Below are positions 15,795 to 25,016 of a stretch of 30,433 nucleotides of DNA, piece after piece. A model generated the notes under the pieces. It saw only the letters and a program-made list of their open reading frames with translations, made no database searches and had not been told where the DNA came from. Origin of the DNA: Planctomycetota bacterium (GTDB taxonomy: Bacteria > Planctomycetota > GCA-002687715 > DRQF01); contig JAZGFI010000279.1 of assembly GCA_036479435.1 (NCBI GenBank), positions 1-30,433 of the forward strand, read 5' to 3'. Position 1 is the first letter of the stretch. Every line of letters starts with the position of its first letter. Both the position numbers and the translations under genes were made by a program.

Positions 15795-17729
15795 ATGAGA
15801 AGCCCACGATTCATGTCCCTTTCTTGCCGAGTTTTTCTAATCGTCTGCCTCGGCACCTTGGGTCTGAGTTGCGTCTCATCGTCAGTTCGCGCCCAGTTTT
15901 TTCCGACCGGGGTGGTGGCAGAGAACATGAGCCCTTCGGGCAGCCTCGTGCGGCCCATTGCCATGGAGTTCTTGCCAGACGGCAGGCTCTTAATCGCCGA
16001 GCATCACAGTGGTCGGATCTTGAGCTGGTCGCGCGGTGCCCTTCGGACTGTGGGCACCGTTGAGAACCTCGTGAACGGGCTAGAACATGGATTGCTTGGG
16101 ATGGCGCTGCACCCGCAGTTTCCACGACGGCCTTTCCTCTATCTCTACTTGACTCACGACATCGGTGGTGGCGTTCCGGATAAGCGCGTTGTTCGCTATC
16201 GCCTAAAGGGAGACTTGGCTTTTGGGGGCCAAGGCGAGTTGGAGATGGTCGAGCGCTACGAAGTGCTGACTGGTATCCCGGCTCCTGTCGATTTGCACGA
16301 CGGTGGTGGCTTGCGTTTTGGGCCCGACGGATGCCTCTACCTTGCGGTTGGCGATGCGACGATGTCCTGCGAGGCGCAGAACGTGAACTCGCCATTCGGG
16401 AAGATCCTGCGCATGGATGTGCGCGGTTTGCCAAGGTCAGGCCCCCCTCCGCCAATCCTTGATCTTGTTCCGGCCGGAGGTAACCCTCTCGGCGGATCGA
16501 CGGACATCTCGCAGCTCGTCTTCGCGATGGGCCTGCGCAACCCCTTTCGCTTCAGCATCGATCCCCTTAGCGGTACCCTCATCATCGCTGACGTTGGCGA
16601 GAACACTTGGGTAGAGATCAATTTTTGCACCGGCGGCGAGAATTTCGGGTGGCCCTGGTTTGAAGGTCCCGCTCCTTTTTCGACTTGCCCCCCGGGACCG
16701 GTTCCCAGCAACTTGACGGCCCCCGTTGTTGCGGGCGCGCATGGCGGCAGCTTGAGCTTTGCCGCGGCCGTGCCCTTTGCTGGTATCTACCACAACCGTT
16801 ACGGCGCCCGCTTTAACTTTGGCCCGGCTTATGAAGGTTCGCTGTTTATTGCCGACCTGGGGATTCCCACCGACATTTTTCGCTTGGATTTCGACGGTCA
16901 GGATTGGAACATCGCGCCCGCGCTGCCCGGGCAGGCCAACCCGAACGTTTGGGGTTTTTCGTTGTTTCCGACGGACTGCCAGATCGGCCCCGACGGCGCT
17001 TTTTGGCAGCTGACATTCCTCGACGGTGATGTGCGTCGGACGCGCCCCGAGGCCGGTGGCACTCAGTTGACGATCAAGAGCGGTCAAAGCCAAAAAGGCA
17101 ACGCGGGTACCCTGTCCTTCGTGCCCATGGAAGTCGAGCTGACGGATCTCAACAATCAAGCCCTCGCTAACGAGATCGTGTTTTTCACCATCGAACGTGG
17201 GGGCGGCCAGATCACGGCGTCGGCTCTGACGGATGCCAATGGCCGGGCGACGGTCTCCTATCGATTTTCGGACACTTGGACCGGAGAGCACCCCGAGATC
17301 ATCGCCTGGCACGAGGGCGGTGAGCCCCAACGGTTTTCTTTTGAATGGCGTGGCTTAGAGACCCTGCTCGCCACCGCCGCGAAGTACTTGTTCAAATTTC
17401 GGCACAGCGAAGCGAACTCGCCGGTGGTTGCGGTGATCGACATCGCGCGCACGACGCCCGTGCTTACGGTACCCGCGGGAGAAATTTGGACGAGTTTACT
17501 AGCTCCACTACCGAGCTTGATCGTCTTGGGTGATGGTTTTGGATTTGTCGGTCCGCAGAACAGAGGTTTCGTGACGGATGCCGCGGGCCAACGCCTGATC
17601 GAGTTCAAGGTGCCGCCGACTTTGACGGGACAAGTCATCATTCAAGCCTACGCGATCGACTTCGCGGCGAGCACGGCCGAAGAAGTCACGGTTTCCAATC
17701 CGGTGACGCTGACGTTGATCAGGCGCTAA
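15795..17729 (+). CDS. Secreted PQQ-dependent glucose/sorbosone dehydrogenase-like (GSDH) β-propeller with an Ig-like (Big_1-type) domain and a C-terminal domain
   Basis: 'FLPDGRLLIAE', 'EHGLLGMALHPQF', 'HDGGGLRFGPDG', 'GLRNPFRF', 'NFGWP'; Ig-like 'SGQSQKG…VELTD…TDANGRATV'. Start at ATG 15795 (GAGG RBS); 15771 and 15813 are alternatives. Confidence 0.85.
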   Translation: MRSPRFMSLSCRVFLIVCLGTLGLSCVSSSVRAQFFPTGVVAENMSPSGSLVRPIAMEFLPDGRLLIAEHHSGRILSWSRGALRTVGTVENLVNGLEHGLLGMALHPQFPRRPFLYLYLTHDIGGGVPDKRVVRYRLKGDLAFGGQGELEMVERYEVLTGIPAPVDLHDGGGLRFGPDGCLYLAVGDATMSCEAQNVNSPFGKILRMDVRGLPRSGPPPPILDLVPAGGNPLGGSTDISQLVFAMGLRNPFRFSIDPLSGTLIIADVGENTWVEINFCTGGENFGWPWFEGPAPFSTCPPGPVPSNLTAPVVAGAHGGSLSFAAAVPFAGIYHNRYGARFNFGPAYEGSLFIADLGIPTDIFRLDFDGQDWNIAPALPGQANPNVWGFSLFPTDCQIGPDGAFWQLTFLDGDVRRTRPEAGGTQLTIKSGQSQKGNAGTLSFVPMEVELTDLNNQALANEIVFFTIERGGGQITASALTDANGRATVSYRFSDTWTGEHPEIIAWHEGGEPQRFSFEWRGLETLLATAAKYLFKFRHSEANSPVVAVIDIARTTPVLTVPAGEIWTSLLAPLPSLIVLGDGFGFVGPQNRGFVTDAAGQRLIEFKVPPTLTGQVIIQAYAIDFAASTAEEVTVSNPVTLTLIRR

Positions 17730-18301
17730 GCCAAGTCTTTGAAGATGGCCCACGCTTTTTGAGGCGAGAGCATGTCGCGCCTCAAGTCATCGCTAGTGGG
17801 CGGCGCGCCGTCGAAACGCTTTTGCCAAAAGGCGACATCCCACCAGCGCCCGAATTTCCAACCGGCGTCTTTGATGACGCCGGCGGGCTCGAATCCGAGT
17901 TTTTGGTGCAGGGCTTCGCTGGCTTCGTTGGGCCGCGTGATGCCGCCGATGGCGGAGCGAAAACCTTGCAGCTCCAAGACTGCCAACAAGGTTTCGTAAA
18001 GCCCCAATCCTAATCCCTGGCCGCGCTGAGCCGCATCGAGGTAGATCGTGGTTTCGGCGGTCCGGTCGTAGGCGGCGCGGGTCCGGTAGGGCCCTGCTTT
18101 GGCAAAACCGGTGATCTCGTGGTCTTGGGTCGCCACCAGCCAGGGATAGTACTGCTTCGTCGCTTCGAATTGGCTCATCAGATCCTCCAGGGACTCTTCT
18201 TCGAGGTGGAAATTTGCCGGGCTCGTGCGGATGACGGCATTGCTGATCCGAAGGATCTCGGGCAAATGTTCCCTTGCGGCCATGCGTAGTGACAAACTCA
18301 A
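17726..18301 (-). CDS. GNAT N-acetyltransferase, phosphinothricin/methionine-sulfoximine (Pat/YncA-like) family
   Basis: 'YPWLVA', 'GFAKAGPYRTRAAY', 'RGQGLG', 'PNEASEALHQKLGF', 'GWKFGRWWDV'. Confidence 0.88.
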   Translation of the reverse strand: MSLSLRMAAREHLPEILRISNAVIRTSPANFHLEEESLEDLMSQFEATKQYYPWLVATQDHEITGFAKAGPYRTRAAYDRTAETTIYLDAAQRGQGLGLGLYETLLAVLELQGFRSAIGGITRPNEASEALHQKLGFEPAGVIKDAGWKFGRWWDVAFWQKRFDGAPPTSDDLRRDMLSPQKAWAIFKDLA

Positions 18302-18373
18302 GTCGTCATAGCTCCCAAAGTGTTCCTTCGGTTATCATCTTCGTCTTGGACCCCCCCTGTCGAGGCAAAACCC

Positions 18374-19360
18374 ATGAAAACACCGTCAATTCTCTTCTCC
18401 TTTTTGATCTTGGCCCTGGCCTTACCCTGCGGGGCCCAAGTCGGAAACCCGGCTCCCACTACGAAGCTTGAGGGCTTCACTCAGACCAAGGCCAAGGCCT
18501 TGGGGGACTATGTGGGGCGAGCCCTGGTCGTCGAGTTTTTCGCGTTTTGGTGAGGACCTTGTGTCGGTGCCGTGAAGCACCTCAATGAACTCGAAGCAAA
18601 ATACGCCGACAAAGGGCTCTCCATTCTCGCGGTTACCTCCGAAGGTGCGGCGAAGACTGAGCCCTGGATCGCAAAACACAAGGCCACTTATGGCTACGCC
18701 TACGATCGCTCGGGGTCATTGATGCGAGAGCTCGGCGGCACAGGATATCCGAGTGCGGCGCTCATCACGCCGGACGGCATGATCGCTTGGACGGGCCATC
18801 CGAGCGGCCTTAATGATGTCCTCATCGAAAAGGCCCTCGAAGGCGCCCTCAAAAAGCCGGTGTGGGATTGGCCGTCACAAGCCAAACCCGTGGTGTCAGC
18901 CTTGGCCAAAAAGAAGTACGCCAAAGCCATCTCCACCGCCCGCAAGCTGGCGCTGAAAAGCCAAGACGAAGAACTCGACGCGATCGGCAACGCCATCGAA
19001 GCGATGGTCAAAAGCAAAGTGCTCGCCGCCCGCAAAAAGTTCAATGAGGGTGACTTCCTCGGCGCCAAGACCATGACCAAAGCCCTTCAAAAGCAATTAA
19101 AGGGCCTCCCGGAAGTCGACGAGATCAAAGCAATCGCCGCCGAAATCAAGGCCAACCCAGAGGCTTCCAAAATCATCAAGGCCCAAAAGACCCTCAAAAA
19201 GGTGCGCAGCGAAATCCCGGACGCCAAGCGCAGAAAGCACGTCGACGTCCTCATCAAAAAGGCCAAGTCCGCCGTCAAGAAACTCAGCGACACTTTCGCC
19301 AACATCAGCGCCGAAAAGCTACTCCAAACCCTGCGCGCCCGCCGCGCAAAATTGAAGTAA
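18374..19360 (+). CDS. Secreted TlpA/AhpC-TSA thioredoxin-fold selenoprotein (UxxC; Sec at codon 60) with a Lys-rich helical C-terminus
   Basis: ORFs 18320-18553 and 18572-19360 are in the same frame and join as '…ALVVEFFAFW-[TGA 18551-18553]-GPCVGAVKHLNEL…'. TGA sits at the first Cys of the WCxxC motif; 'GYPSAALI' cis-Pro loop; signal peptide from ATG 18374. Confidence 0.85.
18559..18585 (+). promoter_or_regulatory. Candidate bacterial SECIS hairpin
   Basis: GGTGC (18566-70) / GCACC (18577-81) stem with loop CGTGAA; the loop starts 17 nt after UGA with G-U at loop positions 2-3; possible lower pairing TTG/CAA. Confidence 0.65.
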
Positions 19361-19437
19361 GCCCAAACCCTATCCAATCGCGTCAGACGATTTTCACTAT
19401 CCCTTCCTCCCCCGGCGGAGCCCCAATACCCTCCTTC

Positions 19438-20280
19438 ATGAAAGTCTTAGTCGTCGACTATCAATCGGATGAGGCTCCGCAGCATTTCGTGGAGTCTCTT
19501 TGCGAAACCGGTTTTGCCGTCCTGCGCAACCATCCGATTAGCCGCGAGCGCGTCGCCGCCATTTATGAAGAATGGCTGGCGTTTTTCGATTCAGATGCGA
19601 AACGCCAGTACGCCTACGACCACCGGCGGCAGGACGGCTACTTCGGGCCCGAGATTTCGGAGACCGCCAAGGGCTTCCGAGAGAAAGACCTGAAGGAGTA
19701 CTACCACGTCTTTGATTGGGGGCGTTTTCCGAAAGAAGTGTCTCGTGCCGCTCAAGACTACTTCCGCGATGCGAGTGGTGTTGCCGCGACTCTTTTGTCG
19801 TGGATCGAACTGCAGACTCCGGATGAGATCAAAGCGCAGTTTTCGATGCCGCTATCCGACATGATTAGCGCGAGCCCACGAACGTTGCTTCGCGTGTTGC
19901 GTTATCCGCCGTTGACCGGCGATGAAGCGCCGGGTGCCCAACGTGCTGCGGCTCACGAAGACATCAATTTGCTGACGGTCCTTCCCGCCTCGAACGAGCC
20001 GGGCTTGGAGGTTCGCGACCGCGAGGGCGGCTGGCATGCTGTGCCCTGTGACTTTGGCACTTTGGTGGTGAATGCTGGCGACATGTTGCAGGAGGCCAGT
20101 GGCGGATATTACCCGTCGACGACGCACCGGGTCACCAACCCAAGAGGCGATGAGCGACATCGCTCTCGCATCGCGATGCCGCTGTTTTTGCACCCGCGCG
20201 ATGAAGTCATCTTGTCAGCGCAGCACACCGCCCTCAGCTATCTTGAAGAGCGGCTCCGCGAGATGGGGTTAGGAAACTAA
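19438..20280 (+). CDS. 2-oxoglutarate/Fe(II)-dependent oxygenase, isopenicillin N synthase-like family
   Basis: 'ETGFAVL.NHPI', 'LLRVLRYPP', HxD in 'AAHEDINLLT', 'VNAGDMLQ', distal His in 'STTHRV', Arg in 'SRIAMPLFLHP'. Confidence 0.88.
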   Translation: MKVLVVDYQSDEAPQHFVESLCETGFAVLRNHPISRERVAAIYEEWLAFFDSDAKRQYAYDHRRQDGYFGPEISETAKGFREKDLKEYYHVFDWGRFPKEVSRAAQDYFRDASGVAATLLSWIELQTPDEIKAQFSMPLSDMISASPRTLLRVLRYPPLTGDEAPGAQRAAAHEDINLLTVLPASNEPGLEVRDREGGWHAVPCDFGTLVVNAGDMLQEASGGYYPSTTHRVTNPRGDERHRSRIAMPLFLHPRDEVILSAQHTALSYLEERLREMGLGN

Positions 20281-21101
20281 ACGTCGATCTCGTTGCTGGA
20301 GCTGTTGGAAGCGGGAAAGCGGGACTGCTTCACATCGTCGAGATACTCCCGAGCGGCGCCGCGGATGACTTCGCCGATTTGGGCGTAGCGGCGGGAGTGC
20401 TTGGGCAAGAACTCTTCGTACATGCCCATGATGTCGTGAAAGACCTGAACCTGGCCGTCGCAATGCGCACCCGCGCCAATTCCAATCGTCGGAATGGTGA
20501 GGGACTCAGAGATCTCGCGAGCCAGTTTGGCCGGGACGAGTTCGAGGACGACAGCAAAGGCGCCGGCGCGTTCGAGTTCGATGGCGGCTTTCTTGAGGCG
20601 GTCGGCGGCCTCTTTTTCGCGGCCTTGAATGCGGTAACCGCCGATCATGTGGATTGACTGCGGGGTTAGCCCTAGGTGTCCCATGACCGGGATGCCCGAG
20701 GCCACCAGGGTGCCGATGACCGGCCCCATGCGCCGCCCGCCTTCGACTTTGACGGCCTGAGCGCCACCCTCGGCGATGGCCCGCGCCGCGTTTTGGAGCG
20801 ATCGAGGCAGGTCGGAAGCGGAGTAGGTCGAAAACGGCAAGTCGATCACGATCATGCTGTTTTTCGCGCCGCGGGAGACGGCGTCGCAGTGGTGCACCAT
20901 CATGTCGAGCGTGACTTGCAGCGTGGATTCGTGCCCGAGCACCACCATGCCCAGCGAGTCTCCCACGAGAATCATGGGGATTCCGACCTCGTCGATGATC
21001 TTGGCTGAGGTGTAGTCGTAGCAAGTCACCATGGCGATCTTGTCGCCGCGCTCTTTCATGCGGCGAAGATCGTGAATGTTCGGGCGTTTGTTCTTAGCCA
21101 T
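20277..21101 (-). CDS. panB: 3-methyl-2-oxobutanoate hydroxymethyltransferase
   Basis: 'KIAMVTCYD', 'LVGDSLGMV', 'AVKVEGG', 'MGHLGLTPQS', 'PTIGIGAG', 'DGQVQVFHD'; real start MAKNKR at 21101. Confidence 0.96.
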   Translation of the reverse strand: MAKNKRPNIHDLRRMKERGDKIAMVTCYDYTSAKIIDEVGIPMILVGDSLGMVVLGHESTLQVTLDMMVHHCDAVSRGAKNSMIVIDLPFSTYSASDLPRSLQNAARAIAEGGAQAVKVEGGRRMGPVIGTLVASGIPVMGHLGLTPQSIHMIGGYRIQGREKEAADRLKKAAIELERAGAFAVVLELVPAKLAREISESLTIPTIGIGAGAHCDGQVQVFHDIMGMYEEFLPKHSRRYAQIGEVIRGAAREYLDDVKQSRFPASNSSSNEIDV

Positions 21102-21114
21102 GCGATGCGATCCT

Positions 21115-23322
21115 TCAGCTGCGGTAGTGACGCGGAGGAATCCAAGACCAGCCCCGCGTGGAGCTTTGGATCTTGATGTCGAGGACTTCGCGGCAGGCGG
21201 CCTGCACGTCGCTCTTTGTGAGGACCGTAGCCTTTTCGAGGATCGGCGATTGACCGACGCCAGGGACGTTTTTTTGTCCGATAGCGCGGGTCGGCAAGCC
21301 GGGGAATTTCTCGACGGCTGCGCCCTGAATCGAGCGTACGAAACCGGCAAAACTCCGGTCTTCGGCGGCGACGACAAGGCGGCCAGTTCGTTTGATGCTC
21401 TCAAAGACGGTGTCGAGATCCGGCGGCACGAGGGTGCGCAGGTCGATCACTTCGCATTGTATTCCTTGCGCGGCCAACTCTGCGGCGGCATCCATGGCGG
21501 TCCATACCGCTCGCCCCCAGGCGACGACCGTGACATCTGTGCCTTCGCGGCGGATCGCGGCTTTGGAAAAGGGTACGCGATGGCTGGGATCAATCGAGGG
21601 GATCTCGCCACGCATGATCGACTTTTTGAGTTTCGCGATCGCTGTCTCGTCGGTCGGTTCGTCGGGAAAGGCCGAGCCAAGGGCTAGACGATACATCCAT
21701 TTTGGTTCGAGCACGATGACCGGCCCGCCGTACTCCGAAGCCGTCATCAACAAACCGTAGATGTCCCAACTGGTGGATGGCATGACCATCACCAGGCCAG
21801 GGATGGGTGAAAAGTAACCGTCGAGGCTCATCGAGTGGTAGAGCGCGCCGCCGCCGAAAGGATCAGTCGGGGTGCGCATGATGACCGAGAAACTCGAGTT
21901 GCCATCCGTGGACCAATGCAGGTTGCCCATGTGGACGAACCAGTGAAAGGCGTTCAAGGCGTAGTCGCCGAACTGGATCTCAGGCATCACGGTGATGCCG
22001 TCGTGAAGACTGGCGCCACAGGCGGTGCCGATGATCAAGGGCTCATTGAGAGGCGCGTCGATGACGCGGTCGGGATGTTTGGCCTTGAGCCCAGCCGTCG
22101 CCGTCATGACCCCGCCCAAGCGACCGATGTCCTGTCCCCAGACCATGCCGTTGTCGTGCGTAATGATGTTGTCGATGGCGGCGCGGATAGCACCGGCATA
22201 AGTGATGTTGGTCTTGCCTTTGCCAGGTGCCTCATCAACTTCAGGGAAGGGCGCGTAGATTTTGTCGAACACGCGCGAGGGATCGGAATCCGGCTCTTTG
22301 CGTACTTGATTGATGATGGCGCGGACGCCTTCGATTTCTTTGGCCATGATGCGACCGGGCTCGTGGTGTGCGAAAAAGTCGCGACCTTCGCCCTCGACGC
22401 GGGTCATGATGTCTTCGGCTTCCAAGACACCTCGCTCGACCAAGGCTTCGCCGAAGCGAATCAAAGGGTCATCTTGGCCAAGGTCAAAGGTGACGTCGGC
22501 GGCCGAGCTGTGGCCGTTGAAGCGGGGGAGATGCTTGACGTGAAAAAGGAGCGGTTTTTGTTCCTCTTTCACGTAGCGGGCGGCTTCGAGCGTCGCCTCG
22601 TAGGTCGCCCAAAAATCGCGCCCGTCGCAACTGATGTGGCGGATGCCGAAGCCTTCGGCGTAGGCGGCGAAGTCTTTGATACCGCGGCCTTCGGAAGGAA
22701 GTGTGCTGATGGCGACCGAGTTGTCGGTGATCATCAAGATCGTCGGCAAGTCCCAGACCGAACAAGCGTTCATCGCCTCGTGCAGGTCACTTTCGGCTGA
22801 TGTGCCGTCGCCGATGATGCCCAAGGTCATGGCATCGTGGATGTCTTTTTTCTTGAACCCCATGGCGTAGCCAGCGGCTTTGCCGAGTTGCATACCCACG
22901 GGGCTTTGCACCGGAAGGATACCGACCTCTCTCATGTCCAAGTGGTAGACCATTTGACGGCCGCGACTCATGACATCGGTGTCTTTTGAGAATTGCTGGC
23001 GGAACAGGGACAAAGAAAAGTCCTTCACGCCGTTCAGCTCACACCACATCGAGCAAAGGCAGCCCGAGCGGTAGTGGGGGATCATCCCAAAGCGATCTGG
23101 CCCGACGTAGCGCGACAAGGCGAGGGCCGTCGCGGTGCCGTGGATCTCTTCGCCCGGCCCCCAAATCGCGAACTTGACCTCGCCCTTGTTGACGAGGCGC
23201 ACGATGTACTCTTCTGCCGCGCGGGAACGGACGGCGACTTGATAGGCGAGTCGGAGTTCATCGTCGCGGACTACGAAGTCCGTTTCACCGGCTTCGGCGG
23301 CGGCAGACTGAGTCTTCGGCAT
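21115..23322 (-). CDS. Fused E1 alpha/beta 2-oxoacid dehydrogenase (TPP-dependent; probably branched-chain 2-oxoacid)
   Basis: Alpha: 'GEE', 'HYRS', TPP motif 'GDGTSAESDLHEAMN…DN', 'GHSS'. Beta: 'GQDIG..GGV', 'DAPLNE', 'PEIQFGDY', 'GGALYHS', 'EVIDLRTL.P'. Start ATG 23322 with GAGGA RBS. Confidence 0.9.
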   Translation of the reverse strand: MPKTQSAAAEAGETDFVVRDDELRLAYQVAVRSRAAEEYIVRLVNKGEVKFAIWGPGEEIHGTATALALSRYVGPDRFGMIPHYRSGCLCSMWCELNGVKDFSLSLFRQQFSKDTDVMSRGRQMVYHLDMREVGILPVQSPVGMQLGKAAGYAMGFKKKDIHDAMTLGIIGDGTSAESDLHEAMNACSVWDLPTILMITDNSVAISTLPSEGRGIKDFAAYAEGFGIRHISCDGRDFWATYEATLEAARYVKEEQKPLLFHVKHLPRFNGHSSAADVTFDLGQDDPLIRFGEALVERGVLEAEDIMTRVEGEGRDFFAHHEPGRIMAKEIEGVRAIINQVRKEPDSDPSRVFDKIYAPFPEVDEAPGKGKTNITYAGAIRAAIDNIITHDNGMVWGQDIGRLGGVMTATAGLKAKHPDRVIDAPLNEPLIIGTACGASLHDGITVMPEIQFGDYALNAFHWFVHMGNLHWSTDGNSSFSVIMRTPTDPFGGGALYHSMSLDGYFSPIPGLVMVMPSTSWDIYGLLMTASEYGGPVIVLEPKWMYRLALGSAFPDEPTDETAIAKLKKSIMRGEIPSIDPSHRVPFSKAAIRREGTDVTVVAWGRAVWTAMDAAAELAAQGIQCEVIDLRTLVPPDLDTVFESIKRTGRLVVAAEDRSFAGFVRSIQGAAVEKFPGLPTRAIGQKNVPGVGQSPILEKATVLTKSDVQAACREVLDIKIQSSTRGWSWIPPRHYRS

Positions 23323-23374
23323 GTGGAGTCTGTCCTCATGGGAATTGAGAATGGGGCCCGATTGGGCAAGCCCC

Positions 23375-23403
23375 AGGATAGCGCGTTTGGGACATTTGGA
23401 CAA
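23375..23403 (-). promoter_or_regulatory. Sigma70-like promoter for the E1-panB operon
   Basis: Minus strand TTGTCC-N17-TATCCT about 50 nt upstream of the E1 start. Confidence 0.45.
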
Positions 23404-23588
23404 GGTCGAACCGTCTTGATCGAAAATCTTAAGTTGATTGATGGCATGGGATTGTGATCGAATACCGCTTTGCCGCCAACAAGGTCAATGGGCATTCAAA
23501 ACGTCCCTCAGGGGCGTTACAAATGCCGGGTGGCAACTTCGGCCGCCCTGCCGTCCGCTAATCGCCCTCTGCCTCGAGGAATCGCAAC

Positions 23589-24386
23589 TTGCAAGCCTAT
23601 CTCGAACTTCTACGCAAAGTCCGCAACGACGGCCTTGTTCGTGAGGACCGCACTGGCGTGGGTACGAAGAGTCTTTTCGGTCATCAGATGCGTTTTGACC
23701 TCGCCGATTCATTCCCCGCGGTGACGACCAAAAAACTGCACTTTCCGGCGGTGGTCCACGAGCTGTTGTGGTTTTTGCGGGCGGAGTCGAACATTGCCTA
23801 CCTGCGGGAAAACAAGGTGCGTATTTGGAACGAGTGGGCCGATGAAAACGGCGAACTCGGTCCGGTCTACGGCTGTCAGTGGCGCTCGTGGCCCGCTCGC
23901 AACGGCCAGGGCACGATCGACCAGATCACCGGCCTTATCGCTGACCTAAAGACCAAGCCCTTTTCACGGCGTCACATCGTGAGCGCCTGGAATGTTGCCG
24001 ATCTCGACGACATGGCGCTGCAGCCCTGTCATGTGATGTTTCAGTTTTACGTCGCCGACGGGGCGCTTTCCTGTCAGCTCTACCAGCGCAGTGCCGACGT
24101 CTTTTTAGGCGTTCCCTTTAACATCGCCTCCTATTCTTTATTGACGGCCATGATCGCCCAGGTTGTTGGCTTGCGATGCGGTGAGTTCATTCACTGCTTC
24201 GGTGACGTCCACCTGTACTTGAATCACCTCAAACAGGCTGACGAGCAGCTCGCGCGCGCTCCTTTAGCTCTGCCGCGACTCGTCTTGGATCCTTCGATTC
24301 AAGACATCGACGATTTTCGGGCCGAGCACATCGTCTTCGAGGGCTACGAGTCTCACCCGGCCATCAAGGCCCCGATCGCGGTTTGA
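23589..24386 (+). CDS. thyA: Thymidylate synthase
   Basis: 'DRTGVGT', 'TTKKLH', 'ELLWFL', 'LGPVYG.QWR', '[10 protein letters not shown]', 'PCH', '[18 protein letters not shown]'; TTG start with GAGGA RBS. Confidence 0.97.
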   Translation: MQAYLELLRKVRNDGLVREDRTGVGTKSLFGHQMRFDLADSFPAVTTKKLHFPAVVHELLWFLRAESNIAYLRENKVRIWNEWADENGELGPVYGCQWRSWPARNGQGTIDQITGLIADLKTKPFSRRHIVSAWNVADLDDMALQPCHVMFQFYVADGALSCQLYQRSADVFLGVPFNIASYSLLTAMIAQVVGLRCGEFIHCFGDVHLYLNHLKQADEQLARAPLALPRLVLDPSIQDIDDFRAEHIVFEGYESHPAIKAPIAV

Positions 24387-24390
24387 TGAG

Positions 24391-24918
24391 GTGAAGAGTC
24401 ACGAGCCTAGGCTTTCTTTGGTGGTAGCGATGGGAATCGGGCGCGTGATCGGCAAAGGCGGCGAGCTGCCTTGGCACCTTCCGGCAGATCTCGCCTATTT
24501 CAAACGTACGACGATGGGCAAACCCATCCTCATGGGTCGTAAGACCTATGAATCGATCGGCCGCCCCTTGCCCGGCCGACTCAACCTCGTGATGACGCGT
24601 GATGCCGAGTTTTCGGCTCCCGGTTGCCAAGTCGTCACCGAAATCGCCGCGGCCAAAAAAGCGGCCGAGGCAAATGGCGCCGGCGTCAACGAACTCATGG
24701 TCATCGGGGGTGAACAGATTTACCGTTTGTGCTTAGCCCAAGCCGATCGGCTTTACCTGACCAAAGTAGACGCGATCGTCTCAGGCGACGCCTTTTTTCC
24801 CGCCTTCGACGAGGACCTCTTCACCGAGACTTCGCGCTTGGTACGGCCTCGCGATGAAAAGAACGCCTATACCATGACCTTTTTGGTCTTAGATCGGCTA
24901 CGATCCGCGCAGTCGTAG
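24391..24918 (+). CDS. folA: Dihydrofolate reductase
   Basis: 'VIGKGGELPWHLPADLAYFKRTTMGKPILMGRKTYESIGRPLPGR', 'VIGGEQIY', 'GDAFFP'. Confidence 0.96.
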   Translation: MKSHEPRLSLVVAMGIGRVIGKGGELPWHLPADLAYFKRTTMGKPILMGRKTYESIGRPLPGRLNLVMTRDAEFSAPGCQVVTEIAAAKKAAEANGAGVNELMVIGGEQIYRLCLAQADRLYLTKVDAIVSGDAFFPAFDEDLFTETSRLVRPRDEKNAYTMTFLVLDRLRSAQS

Positions 24919-25016
24919 GAGCTGCCTGAGCAAGATGTTGTGTGAGTTGACGAAAAACTCCGCAGCGAATCCCGGGATATTCGGGCGGCCGCGACTTCAA
25001 GCTGGGGAACGCCGCC

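Noticed and set aside
18320..18553. Separate 77-aa ORF plus a 262-aa ORF (18572-19360)
   Set aside because: They are in the same frame and joined by a TGA at the CxxC cysteine, which is better explained as one selenoprotein.
21102..21404. N-terminal 101-aa extension of PanB
   Set aside because: It overlaps the E1 gene in another frame; PanB similarity begins at MAKNKR (21101).
23323..23588. TPP riboswitch ahead of the TPP-dependent E1
   Set aside because: No CUGAGA/ACCUG core on the minus strand.
24938..24955. Rex-like operator upstream of cydAB (TTGTGTGAGTTGACGAAA)
   Set aside because: Only the left half resembles TTGTGAA-N4-TTCACAA; the palindrome is too weak.
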